Position numbers and translations under genes: made by a program. A DNA stretch of 64,000 bases from assembly GCA_023920165.1 (NCBI GenBank), contig CP089278.1, forward strand, positions 1,798,001-1,862,000, written 5' to 3'. A model generated the notes under the pieces. The model searched no databases. It saw only the letters and a program-made list of their open reading frames with translations, and had not been told where the DNA came from. How positions within the stretch are numbered: position 1 is the first letter of the stretch; each line of letters starts with the position of its first letter. This stretch comes from Curvularia clavata (taxonomy: Eukaryota). Positions 1 to 12,600 of the stretch are shown piece after piece.

Positions 1-63
1 GATTTCGTTTCATCCCCTACCTCGATCTGAAATCACACTGCAGGTGACAACCACTGTGTTACC

Positions 64-1996
64 ATGGCGCTGGCGGGACTTCTCGTGAAGGCAGTCAGCC
101 TTGGGGCTGTCTTTGTCATCACCCAATATGTTTTGGCTTACCTTCAATCTCCACTCAAGAATATCCCTGGCCCGTTCCTAGCTAAGTTCTCGAACATTTG
201 GCGCTTCCTCAACCACTATGGCCAGACCCACATTGAAACGCAGAGGAAGCTCCACGAACAGCACGGTGACATTGTTCGTCTCGGCCCTAATACCGTCAGT
301 ATTGCTGATGCCAACCTCATCAAAACGATCTACAATACCCGTGGAACTTTCCTAAAGGTAACCCTACACCGCTCCACACAGACATGACTTGTACAAATTG
401 CTGACCCGTGAAAAGAGCGACTACTATGTAAGATATTTGCAACGGCCTATAAGCATTTAAAAGGCTGACGGCTCTCTGGACCATTAACGATGCCCTTCAA
501 GATGGGCAACTTATCCAAAACATCTTCAGTACACGCAGCAATGAGTTTCATTCCAGAACTGTCAAGCCCGTACAGAAGCTATACAGTCTTCAGAATGCCC
601 TCCAAATCGAAAACATAATGGACGATGACCTCCGCGTCTTTTGTCACCACCTTGAAACACGCTTCATCAAAGGGGCTAACAAGGGCAAGACTTGTGACAT
701 CGCAGACTGGATCTCCTTTTTCGCGTGGGACTTTCTCGGCGACATGACCTGGAGCAAGCGTATTGGTTTTATGGACCAGGGAGAAGATGTTGGTGACATG
801 TTCGTGGCTACCAGTCTAAATGGCACGTGACATATATGCTAATCGGACTTGGTAACCTCTAGGCTAGGTACCGCTGAACGTGTGATGCGTTATTTCTCTG
901 TGGTAAGTAATTGCGGACATATCCCACTAGCCCATGATAACACACTGGATTCGAACAGGTGCTGATTTCATCCAGGTTGGTCAGATCCCTGCTCTTGACA
1001 AATGGCTCGGGAAGAATCCAAACTGGCCTCGCTCTCTCTACAAATTCGATGACTTCTCGGTCGCTGCGGGCTTCTCTGTAGAGCGCTTTATGGAGCGCAT
1101 GCAGAATCCCGATCTTGGCAATGGCAAGAAAGACTTTCTCAACGGCTTTCTCCAAGCAAAGGAGGAGCATCCTGAGCTCGTCACCGACAACGAAGTCATT
1201 GGGTACATGATTATCAATGTGAGTAATATGTTGCGGAAATGTAGTACGAGTGACACTGCATTCCAGGTTCCCATACATCAAGTTGCAGGTCCTGACAATT
1301 CAATAGGTTCTTGGTGGCGCAGATACACTCGCCATTGTTATGAAAGGTATCTTCTATCATCTCCTCAAGTCGCCTGCATGCAAGGCGCGGTTAGTACAAG
1401 AACTACACTCTGCACGCCTGTCTTATCCAACTCCCTACACCAGCATTGAGCAGCTTCCTTACCTTGATGCTTGCATCAAAGAAGGCCTCCGCATGCACCC
1501 TGTTGTCGGCCAGCTCTTTGAGCGGATCGTGCCAGCTTCGGGCCTTACCTTGGCTGACGGAACAACACTGCCACCGGGTACAATCGTTGGCGTGAATCCG
1601 TGGGTGATCCACTACAAGGAGGACGTATACGGGGAGAAGCCTTACGAGTTCCGCCCGGAGCGCTGGTTGCGTGGCGAGAAAGAAGATGTGGCCGCCTTCG
1701 AGGCTAGGATCAGAAAGATGAAGGACGCCGACATGGCATTCGGAGGTGGGAACCGCGTCTGCATCGGCAAGCCCCTTGCTCTGGTAGAAGTATACAAGGT
1801 TGTTGCTACGGTATTTGGAAAGTACCAGGTAAGGCGGCTCATCGCAAATTTCTTAGAATTGTGTGCATTGAGCATGTGTTGACAATTTGACTAGATTGAA
1901 CTTGAGGATCCAAGCAAAGAATGGGATTTGCACAAGCAGTGGTTTGTGTGGCCACACAATATAAAGGTCAAGCTGAGCATATTTGATAACGTCTAG
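64..1996 (+). CDS. Cytochrome P450 (pisatin demethylase/benzoate monooxygenase-like), 7 exons
   Basis: Exons approx. 64-357, 416-427, 480-799, 863-902, 976-1218, 1307-1828, 1895-1996. Has an N-terminal membrane anchor plus PGP, I-helix GGADT, K-helix EGLR, PERW and heme motif FGGGNRVCIG. The intron 2 acceptor is irregular (see findings). Confidence 0.93.
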
Positions 1997-2532
1997 TTGA
2001 GAAACCTTGCGGCGTTGGGTTGGTAAGCGTACTTTTGTAGCACGTCTTGTGGTTGGCCTGTGGAGTCGTTGGGGGACTGGTTAGTCTGTCTAGTGATGGC
2101 GTTGGGCGTCGTGGTGCTGCTTGTTCAGCGCCCTGGTGAAACTTCAACCTAGTAACACATTCGGGGAAACGTACTTGAGTTTTGAATCCATAGGAATTTT
2201 TGTAAGCAGCATGACACGTGACTGGATCCAGCTCACCCTTATCCAAAAAGACTTATCTGAAAAAGCAGTTGCGCGAAGCATCTGATAAATTCGCATTGGA
2301 AATTGCAGGATTTTCATTCCTCTCCCTGCCAAACACCTTATCACGCATTCACTTGGAAGTGGCAAGGTACAGTATAGCAGCGATGGGGTTGCATCATGAT
2401 ACCAGTGTTAAGATCGCAATCTCACCAGGCCAGGCTAGCCGCTTTCGGTCTATGCGCACGGACCTCCTGTCTAGTTCTTCGTGAGGTGGGCTGAGACTGC
2501 ACAATCTCTCTGCACTCACAAACTCCGCCATC

Positions 2533-2879
2533 ATGGTAAGACTATCTGGGCTCCAGAAGGATGTTCTATCGCTCTACCGACAATGTTTGCGAGCTGTGAG
2601 ACAGAAACCAACTGTATGTCGAGTGTATCTAGTCTACATGCGTCTTGCTAACGCAGGCACAGGAGAACCAGTCGCATTTCCGTGACTTTGCAAGGTGCGA
2701 AACTGTGGAGTACATATACGGACCGACGCTTGGCATTGACAAAGACTGCTAGATCACAGTTCCACAAGCATCGAGATGTCAGCAAGAAAGACTTTGGGAC
2801 CATTGAGTATTTGCTTCGCCGTGGAAGGAATCAGCTGGAATCATGGTCCGAGCCAGGCATTCGGGACATTCACAGGTAG
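2533..2879 (+). CDS. SDH6: LYR-motif succinate dehydrogenase assembly factor 1 (Sdh6/SDHAF1), 3 exons
   Basis: MVRLSGLQKDVLSLYRQCLRAVRQKP...HFRDFARSQF...KKDFGTIEYLLRRGRNQLE; LYR tripeptide; two canonical introns. Confidence 0.88.
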
Positions 2880-3117
2880 CAGGAAGAAGTATTGATTTCG
2901 GGCGCCTAGCCGACGAGAGTGCTTGCTGCTGCAGGCATCAGAGCGACAACGCACAAGCATCAAGGCAACCGAGCACGCAGCAAGACGATCACCACATCAC
3001 GCGTGCTTCGTACGCTGGGTCTCTGGCGATATGACGCTCGCCCGTAACCACATGGAAGCTGCTTTCGTGGCGTCCAAATGGAGGAGTGGTACGATCACGT
3101 GATATGGGCTGAGGGTT

Positions 3118-3375
3118 GGAAATTTCCAGCGGATGCGTGTTGCTTGTACGAGCGGGGGTTGCGGGGACGTCGCATTGCCGCTGCCCTCTCCAGACGTCGC
3201 AACTGTCACATATGGCCATGTGGTGTGATGAAGTTACGTGTAGATGACGGCAAACACCATGCTCGAAGCCTCTAGAACCGGCCCGAATCATCTCCGAGCC
3301 TGCGAGAAGCATCGCGCCTGGCACAGCAAACAGTTGCTGCGATGCTTCGAGAAATGCCTCCCTCAAGTATATAAA
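3118..3375 (+). promoter_or_regulatory. Heat-shock promoter: nGAAn/nTTCn units and TATA box
   Basis: gGAAatTTCc at 3118-3127, cTTCgaGAAa near 3345-3354, further GAA units near 3263-3277, and TATATAAA at 3368-3375, all upstream of a small HSP gene. Confidence 0.65.
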
Positions 3376-3431
3376 GCCCATCAACCTGCTTCCATACCTC
3401 ATCACCAGAACACACATCACAACAACGTCTT

Positions 3432-4118
3432 ATGCAATCACTGCGCTCTACAATCACGCGAATCCCACGACAACTCAACCGCATTTCCAAGCCCACAACC
3501 GTACGACACTTTTCGCACACTCCAGCAACCATGTCTCTCTTCCCACGATTCACTCAGGAGTTTGCTCCCATGTTCCGTCTCTTCGACGAGTACGACCGGC
3601 AGGCTTTCCGTAACCTCGACCGCCAATTCGAAAGCGTCCGGTCTTTCACACCCAAGTTCGACGTCAAGGAGACCAAGGACAGCTATGAACTTCATGGCGA
3701 GCTTCCCGGTGTCGAGCAGAAGGACATCAACATTGAGTGGACTGACAACAACACACTGACCATCTCCGGTCGCCACGAGCATGTCCGCGAGGAGGGTCAA
3801 CGCCCACAGGGCTTCATCGAGAGCGGTGACAAGGCAGACCAGAAGAAGCTCAGCCACCAGCCCAAGGTTGAGGACGAGTCATCCGAGGCAAACAACAAGG
3901 TCGCCAAGCAGTCTCAGGAGAAGGGAGTCGCCAAGCATGACGACTCTCAGACCAAGTACTGGGTCAGTGAGCGCTCGGTTGGCGAGTTCCACCGCTCCTT
4001 CGCCTTCCCAGCCCGAGTCGACCAGGACGCTGTCAAGGCCAGTCTCAAGAACGGCATCCTGAGCATCGTTGTCCCCAAGGCTCAGGCTCCTCAGCCACGC
4101 AAGATCAACATCGAGTAG
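3432..4118 (+). CDS. HSP30: Small heat shock protein (Hsp20/alpha-crystallin, fungal Hsp30 type); second start at 3531
   Basis: Intronless ORF. MSLFPRF N-terminus from 3531, alpha-crystallin motifs FTPKFDVKET..YELHGELPG, SERSVGEFHRSFAFP and LKNGILSIVVPK, and C-terminal I-x-I (INIE). Confidence 0.95.
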   Translation: MQSLRSTITRIPRQLNRISKPTTVRHFSHTPATMSLFPRFTQEFAPMFRLFDEYDRQAFRNLDRQFESVRSFTPKFDVKETKDSYELHGELPGVEQKDINIEWTDNNTLTISGRHEHVREEGQRPQGFIESGDKADQKKLSHQPKVEDESSEANNKVAKQSQEKGVAKHDDSQTKYWVSERSVGEFHRSFAFPARVDQDAVKASLKNGILSIVVPKAQAPQPRKINIE

Positions 4119-4889
4119 ACGAGCAACATGCACATCGACACTACTTCTCTGAGCCGGGTCGCTACGGCGACGCGCCTCAGTAACGAATCACGGGTTTCTC
4201 CTTTCTCTCCATCATAGCCGAATTTTCTTAGTCAGTCAGCAACTGAGTACGAGGGAAGCGTCATCTTAGGTATCTAATGTCTTCTGTTTTATGGCGAACA
4301 CTCCTTTAGGCTAGTGCAGTGGTAGGGGTGTAGTTAGTACGAACAAACAATACAATTCTAATGATTCCATATGAGTTCTTCCCTTTGTGCCATGATGTGA
4401 TTATCTGTGTTAGAGACTCTCAGATGTTGCCGGAATTGAGCCAAGGGACGGCGTTTTGCCCCACTTGAAGAGAAGCTCGGGCTCCGTGATTGGCGCTAGA
4501 CGCAAAGTGCGGGGACATCTTATCGCTCCTTCTTCCCAATCTCCTCTCCACCTCGCGTTGTGCCAGATCAGCGCACACCCTGGCGCTGCCCAAGACAAGC
4601 AACTGGACGCGGTAATGATTTCGTCTGGTTCAAGATAGAATGGTCAGTCTTGGGTCTCTGAATCCAACTATCTGGTGCAACCAGCCTAGTATCCGCATTT
4701 AGTATCCTGCCACAAACCTGTGCATCCAACGCTCGCGACTATTCGACCAGCATCTCTGGCTGCATATACAACCCTATATGGCGTTTTTTTGGTATCGCGC
4801 GCATAACAGTAACTTGGCACTCTACGCACCGTCATCGCGCACAGTGTCATTGGTTTCCCTGCCCAGCGCAAAATCAAAAGGTTGATAAG

Positions 4890-7415
4890 ATGCCTCGTCC
4901 TAAGAAACCAGGTGTTGAGCCAAAGAGAAGATCACGCAACGGGTGCTGGTAATATCATCATCTTCACAACTCATAGACGACCTGCACTAACTCTTCGCAG
5001 GCCATGCAAAGCGCGAAAAGTAAAATGGTAAGAATTGCCTGGCCATTGTTCATCAGGAAGGAGTAGTAACCTTGCATCAGTGGAGAGGAAAAACCATCGT
5101 GCACCAATTGTGACCGACAAGGTGAAGCGTGCGACTACAGCATCCGACTCAACTGGGGAGGCCGTACGAAGAAGGATAGGATCGGCACTGCTTCTGATGC
5201 TTCCAGCGCCTCGGCAAGTCCGTATCAGTCAAGCTTTTTCGTCGAAGAGGATGCCTCGCAATTGTTTAGCCCAACATCAGAGCCACCGGTTCGACCGCAG
5301 CATACACGAACTTCTTCGGTCATCTCCACTTCGAGCTCTACCCAGGCAAATGGCCCAGCTTTGACGCAGGCCATGCCAGACAGTGGCATTAGCACAAGCT
5401 CGATGGAAGGCAACCTTTTCTTTCAGACTAGTATACAAGCGTCTGCACAGCATACCCAGACACAGTCCCCACCCACCTTTCACAGTCAATCCTCTACAAT
5501 ATCCGGCTTCGATGTATTCGATCCCAGCGGCCCAGGCTTCACTCCTGTCAATACTGCGATGCCACCTCCACAAATCTCTGCAGACCCTATTACTAGATAC
5601 CACAGATACGGACCCCTGATCGACTCGCCCGGAGCGACACTCTCAGAATCTTATTCACCAAAACCAGGTTCGCCCACTCCATACAGCCCCTATCATACCG
5701 TCCCTCTAACGCCGACGTCAGTCGGTTCAGAACGAGTTGTTCTCCAGCCGGTATCTACACCACAGGAATCGGCTCTCTCACCTTCAGACCCACGACGTGT
5801 ATCCGTGCAATCCCTCGTCAATGACCTCCAGGCCCAAGGTCAGTATCTGAACAGCAACCAAGGCGGAAGTGGAAGGCAATATCCAATAGCAGACTCAATT
5901 TCGACGACCTACGGTTACGATCTGGGTCTTCCAGACCTGGACACTCCGAAGAACAATGACTGTTCGGCCATCGCTACTTTCAGCCCGCAAAGCCAGACTA
6001 TGGAAATCGATGGGGAAACTTCATACGGTGACAGAGAGCCCGAAAGCAAAGTCGTGGCGTTTGAAAAAGGAGGGTACTACGCGAAACCTGTCCCTATTAG
6101 AATCTCCAAGTCTCTGGAACCTCTTCCGCCGTTGCTCATGGAGAATCAGATGAATTTGCTCTATTTTCACCACTTTCTTAATCATACAGCTCGAATCTTG
6201 GTCCCGCATGACTGCGAGAGGAATCCATTCCGACATGTACTTCCAAAAAGTAAGTACTTGCAGGTATTGTAACGAAGCAATATTGATTTTGGCAGTGGCG
6301 TTGCGCGACGAGAACTTGCTATGTCTTCTCCTCGCATACAGTGCCTCACATCGCGCCCGTATGCTCAATCACCCCGAGCCCTCCAACAGGATTGCAGTTT
6401 GGGTGCAAGACGTCTTCCCCAAGCTCCGGCAGACACTGAATGACAATCCAAACGAGATTCCCGACAACACCTTGGCTGCAGTCATCATGATGGCGAGCTT
6501 GGAAATCATCTCTCCTGGGACCTTTGAAGTACCTATATCCTGGCAGGATCACCTCACCATGGCGCGTCGGATGATCACCCAGCGCGGTGGACCCAGAGGC
6601 ATGAGCCGACAAGACCAAGTCGCCTATTTTCTTGCGCAATGGTTCGCCTATCTTGATGTACTTGGCTCGCTGAGTGGACACAAGAATGACACGCCTCTCG
6701 GGTCTTCCTACTGGTCCATTGACAACGCGTCCACAGATGAGGATTTTGAGATTGACTGCTTAATGGGCTTCACAACCCGGTGTGTTGGCAGTTTGGCTCG
6801 TATTTCTGAGCTTTCCAAACACTGCGAACCGTATCGTATCGATGAGGAAGGTAACGTACGCAAAGACTGGGTGCCGAGCGACGAAATTGTAGAAGAGGCT
6901 GTCAAGATACGGCGGGCACTTGAGGAAGGGCTGCTAGATCGAAACATCCGCAAAGGATGTAGCCACCGATCCAGCCCTTGGAACGAGACTGAAGGCGCAT
7001 GGGACGCGACGGAAATTTACGCGACCAACGAACTCTTTCACTGGGCCGGCCTGATCCAGCTGTACCGTCGTGTGCTCGGAAAATCCGCACTGGATCCAGA
7101 GGTCCAGCATGCGATTCGCGAGATTGTAGACTTGTTGTACAAAATTAGGAGAGGTAGTACGGCAGAAGCTTGCCTGTTGTTTCCCATGTTTGCTGCCGGC
7201 TGTGATGCACAGGATCCAGGGCAAAGAGAAAAAATCATGGATCGGCTGAGGGGAGTGGAGGGATTTGGACTGAGCCAGGTGAGTAATGGAGTTTGTAGAG
7301 TGACGGCGCCTGCTAACGTTCACGATAGGTTCCCAAGATGAGTGCGCTCCTACAGAGTGTGTGGGATACTGGCAAGCCATGGGAATCGCTTGTCTCTGGA
7401 GAGTTTTTCGGCTGA
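4890..7415 (+). CDS. Zn(II)2Cys6 transcription factor with fungal-specific C-terminal domain
   Basis: Spliced N-terminus RSRNGCWPCKARKVKCGEEKPSCTNCDRQGEACDY has six Cys. Long exons correspond to ORFs 5262-6272 and 6208-7341; the last exon ends LVSGEFFG* at 7415. Confidence 0.92.
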
Positions 7416-7849
7416 AGCTCCATACATTCGGACCATGATAGATATCCCGTATTGCGAGGTCGCAACGCCATCGTATTCCGTTTCCAGAGCGACGACATTG
7501 TCCTAGCTCGCCAGCCAGTAATCAGCGACATGATCAGAAACCCTGACTTGTCAATACATCTTGAGCATGATCCAATCGGATGCCTTAACTGAGAATCCGA
7601 TGAAGGCTGCCTGCACAAGAAGGATTGTAGTAGCTATGACAACTTTCGGATGAGAGAGGGGCGAGCGCCAGAATCGAGAAAGAAGACTAGAAGAGAATTA
7701 TGAAAGACACAAGACGAAGATTGTTACGAGATTTTATGATATCCCCATACAATAGAAGGCAGTCTCTCATTGCAGGTGGGTATCATTCATCCGTCTGATA
7801 TACACGCGAATAAAACTACACTTACACATACACAACCTGCGTCTTCCAA

Positions 7850-8419
7850 CTACCAAGGCCACCAACCCCCACCAGCAACCTTACCTATAGCTTTCGTTCC
7901 TTTGCTCACCTCGTCGGCGCCCTCTCTCACCTCCTCGACAACCGCATCAACAGCCTCACCCAATTCTTGCTTCTCTCTCTGCACAGCCTCAGTTGTCTGG
8001 CCCCACTTCTCCCGCGCCACAAGCCGCTGCTTCTCGAGCGCTTGCCTCAGCTCTTCCTGTAGCTCGGCAATTTCCGACTGCGTGTCGTGTCGTTCTTCAA
8101 TGGTTTCTAGCTTGTACCATAGGTAATACGCGAGTTGGTAGGTGAAGAGTGCACCGAGAAAGCACTTGAGGAGTGGTGAGCCAAAGGTGCCGTAGTATGC
8201 GCCCTGAGGGGTAAGTGTTAGCGTGTGTGAGAGAGTTTGAACGGGGAAGAGGGATCAGGTATGACGTACGACTCGCGACGGCTCTTTGCGTGGTGGTGGC
8301 GGCGGCGGCGGCGAGTGTTGTGTCTCAGTAGCAAAATTTCGTCGCGGTACTTGTGTCAATTTCCTTGTGGATATCACTTCTCTCCTCCATATTGTCCGCG
8401 CTACTTTGATGTTGTTCAT
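7850..8419 (-). CDS. Small mitochondrial inner-membrane protein, Ina17-like (presequence, one TM, coiled coil)
   Basis: Exons 8419-8270 and 8203-7850. Arg-rich presequence ending RRNFAT, then YYGTFGSPLLKCFLGALFTYQLAYYLWYKLE and a coiled-coil tail. Exon 2 is missed by the ORF track. Confidence 0.7.
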
Positions 8420-8934
8420 CGTGTTGCTGTTTTCCGTCTGAAGGTCCCCGCTTCCCGCGCACTGCAACGCCGTCGGCTGTCCCGAGCGAACGAGGAAAAA
8501 AAAGGGGTTCAAGGAAACCTGGCGTAATGTCGTGTATATCTCCTGTGCAGCTTGTGCTCCTGTAACCAGAAATTGTCGGTGTCGTGTCCAAGAAAATGGT
8601 GGAACGGAAAAGGCAAGCAAGCACTCCAAAGCGCAAAGAGTAAACCTCCGCCCTCCATCTCCGCAAAGGCGACCAGCCTAGTACGTTTTAGCGCCGTCTG
8701 CGGGAACTCGGTCCGTGCACCTCTCATCCAAACCGAACACCTTGCACATCCTGACCCTTCTTGGACCCTGTATTTCCCGCCGCCCTTTGTTACTGACCTC
8801 TTTGCCTTGCGTCGCCCGCCCTGTAAACCTATTTCGCCTCCGTCTCTCCGACGCATCTCTCTTTTCCTCGCTTCCTCTCTACATACACCTTCATCTTTTG
8901 ATCCAGCAAACGCCCAAACACACACATATCCGCA

Positions 8935-9357
8935 ATGGTACGCATCGACCTGAACGAACACGCGACCCTTCTGGCTCTCTTCGTTCACTACCTTTCCAAT
9001 TCCCACAGTCTCTCGTCGCAAAATCCAATCGCTGACCCCACTCACACAGGCGCAAACACCACAGCAACGCCAGGCAAACATGCGCTTTGCCAAAGCCCAG
9101 GAGAAGAAGATGGGCAAGCCAGACTCCAACACACCCGTGGTTAAGAAGCAAGGGCCACAGAAGTCGCCGATTAGCAAGGCGTGGATTAGTACGTCCTTCT
9201 CTTTCTTGGTTACTCTGGCCTTTTTGCGTGAAAGCGCAGAAAGGGCACAGGTGCCAGTGTGAACATGAGTGTATACTAACGTGAGTTTGCGACAGTTGTC
9301 CTCGCATTCGTTCTCTGCGGCGGTCTGTTGTTCGAGGTCCTCAGGCTCTTTTTCTAA
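8935..9357 (+). CDS. YSY6: RAMP4/SERP1/Ysy6 family stress-associated ER membrane protein
   Basis: Exons 8935-8937 (ATG only), 9050-9188, 9296-9357 give MAQTPQQRQANMRFAKAQEKKMGKP...KSPISKAWIIVLAFVLCGGLLFEVLRLFF*, a tail-anchored protein. Confidence 0.85.
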
Positions 9358-9697
9358 AGGCGGACGGTGCGTGAGGGAGCGTGAACGCGAAAGACAAGGA
9401 GGAAAGAGCGTGGAGATGATGGTAGGCAAACCGGCTGTGTGTACACAAGGACACGGGATATATACTTGTACAGGGGAAAGGGGGAAAACGGGACTCAAGA
9501 AGCGAAGAGCCCACCCATTACCGGTTTATTTTTTCTTACAGCAATTTATCTAGGGTGACATGGCGTTCTACATACAAGGAAGCGGGTATGCATGGTATAG
9601 CAAGATATCAATCAGCATTTTAAGTCTTTGTTTGGCCAGAAAGACAGTCACACAGACACAAGCCGTTTACATATCTTATTATTTGTACTGCACTGTA

Positions 9698-12600
9698 CTA
9701 CTCGGCCGGTGTATCTGCACCTTCATCCATGACTACGGTTCGTCTCTTCTTTTTCTTCTTCTTGACTTTGCCTTCTTCTTGGCCCTCCGTCTCAGGTTCC
9801 ATCTGGATAGCCTTGTCCTGGCCATCAGCATCACCACCCTCGGCAAGCTTTGCTTTCTTCTTTTTCTTTTTCTTGACAGGCGTCGCCACCTTTTCTTCTC
9901 CGCCTTTGTTGTTACCACCACCTACATCAGCCTCTGGCGGTGCTTCATCCAACTCATCCCCCTCCACCGCGACCTTTCTTACCTTCCTCTTCTTCTTCTT
10001 TTTCACCGCAACCTCCTCCTTAACCAGTAAACGCTCGCTCGCGCGCTGCATTTCTAGCCGCAAGCGCTCTACCTCCTGCAGCGCTCTCTTCATTTCCGCA
10101 TCTTCTTGCGCTTTGCGCTCAATCTCGAGCGCCGTAAGTTTACGATTCGAATGGTCTTGATCGTCATCATGGAGGCTCAATGCACCGAGACCAGAGCTAT
10201 CGACTTCAAGAAGCGACTTCTTCGCTTTCCCTCCACGCGGCTGCACTATATCTTCTCTGTTAGCCGAAGCAGCATCTGATGCAACAGAGCCAAGTGTCTC
10301 ATCGCCCATGATGTCCACTTTGCGCACGGGTTTGCGTGGACTTCGCGATCGTGGAAGATGCTCCGAGGAAGAGCCTTTGCTATCGAGGTTGAGCTCCATG
10401 ATCGGGATGGAATCGATATCGAGCTCGCTGTTCTCTTTATTCCCGTCACGAACAATCCTGCTCAATGGTGTAACAGCTCCGCTATCCCTATCCGCTTCAG
10501 GATCGATGTAAAAGGGGTCATCTTTGTACCGCTCTTTACGCTCCGCTCTCCGGCGGGCGAGAATGTCCGGATCTAGATATTCATCTTCTGTAGCGTTTTG
10601 ATAAGATGTTGGCTCCCTTTGCGAGCCATCGAGGCGATCTGCCGCTGGTGCTGCAACGGCGGCTGCTTCTGTGGAGGCTGTGACTGGTTCCGAGTATGCA
10701 GCATAGACATCGTCTTCTTCCGTCTCGAAACCTTCTGCGTCAGCTGCAGAGAGGAGATGCTGCAGATCTGGGTTGATGGGCGTATCAAGGTCCAGGTCTT
10801 GTGGAATAGGGACTTTTCTTTGCGCGCCAGGGGCTACAGGATTCAATTCGGCGCCCGAGAAGAGGGCAGGAATAGCCTGTGTAAGCAGCAAAGGCGGATC
10901 GGTAAACTCACTCTGGTCCGCGCTAGCTGCAGTACCCGACGCAGCTTCTGCAGCAAGGCGCATTAGTTCCAGGTACTCGACTGCGCGTTCCTGCACCTCG
11001 AGACTAGGGTGTGTAGATAACGGCTCTAGGAAGTGGACAATCCGCGCCATGAGAAGAGACATGAGCGTCTTGCGTTCTGGAGTCCATGATATTTGGTCAT
11101 TTCCGGCCATGCTGGAAAAGACCTTGGGTATGGCCTGGAGGTATATGGCAAGAGTTTTCGAAGGCAGCTGAAGCGAAGTGGGATGTAAGAGGGAGGTCAT
11201 GACAGGCTCCGGTCGACTAAGGTAGCGGGCATACTCGCCCACAAGCCACCCAGCGTATTCGAGCACGCCTTGCCCGCCATTGCCAGAGGCAGGAAACATC
11301 TGGTCTCGGCGATCAACTAAGACAAGAGACTGTGCAGCCTCGACAGCTTCTGGTCGGACACTCTTTACCCGAACCGCAACGTTTTGTAGCTCGAGCCCGA
11401 TGCTGGCGCCAATCTCATCAGAGTGCTCTGACTCTTCCTCTTCCATGACCGACGTTGCCTTCGTAGCAGGGGATACACGGACAAGCTGTGTAAGAACATC
11501 AATGTACCACTCGAAATCGCCAATGTTGCTGTACATGTCTCGCGAGCACATCTCGAGAATTCTGCGAATTACGCTCGTGCGATAATCGTCTGGCAAGGGT
11601 GGTGGTTGATCTGATTTTTGCTCGTGATGTGGCAAATGGTCTTCCGCATCTGAATCATCGTCACCGTAAGGTGTGATTCCGGCCGTCCTACCTCGGTCGT
11701 TATTTGCATCGTGTGCGGCTGTGGCAACCGGCGCATTACGGAGTTGTCGCATCAGTCGTCCTACAATGGCTGTGAGATTGTCCGCATTGACCATGCCAAC
11801 GACAAGATCCAAAGCCCGCATCCGTATTGAAATGTCAGGGTCGTCAATGCATTCAAGGATGACATCCTGCTGTTGTGCAACCAGGTACGGATGGGATATA
11901 ACAATCTTTTCGAAGGCGAGCAACGCGACATATTTTACTGCAGACTGATGAGACATGGAACTTTGCATTTTAGTGTATCTTAGCTTACAATTTGCATCAC
12001 CCTCTATGATCATCATACCCCGCAGTTTGCCCACGCATAGCTTTGCAACTTCTTCGCCTTCTGAAGTACCTTCCACGGCTTCGAGGATACCGCCCTGGAT
12101 GATGCCACTGATACACTCGTACAGCAAGGACATGGCAGACGTTTCTCGGATAATCTTGGTTAGGGGAGGGAGTAGTTTTTTGATTAGTCGCGGCTCCAAT
12201 GGGGTCAGCGTGGCAAACTAAAGGCTGTTAGCGATGTACAGTGGCAGTACCTCTATACCACGGCACTTACAAGTTTAATAAGCTTAATGGCCATCCAGTT
12301 GTTTCCGCCTTCGACCAAAAGATCAAATAGCCTAGGTGCAAGAGGCAGGAAGTCTTGCGGCCGCCTCCATCCCAACTCGCACACAACGTTGACAATAGCA
12401 GCTGTCACGCTCGGATCTTCGTCGTCATCCAACAATCGCTCTTTGATCTTGGGCCATGCAGGTCGCAGTGTTTCGGGATATACCAGAGCCAGTCTGTAGA
12501 GCGTGACGACTGTCTTTTTTCGGACCATGGCGTGGGAGTGAGTCAATCGGGGTATCAAGTCAGACAGGACCGAGTTGGCCATGCTTGGGTTGATGACGTG

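Noticed and set aside
1219..1306. Possible nested twin intron (stwintron) in CYP intron 5
   Set aside because: An internal CAG|GT exists, but there is no convincing nested donor and branch set; a single 88-nt intron restores the frame.
3094..3103. ATCACGTGAT E-box palindrome (also at 27024-27033)
   Set aside because: Short bHLH-type site that cannot be tied to a specific factor or target from sequence alone.
8509..9498. 329-aa minus-strand ORF
   Set aside because: Non-ATG start, no protein-like motifs, and antisense to the spliced RAMP4 gene and its promoter.
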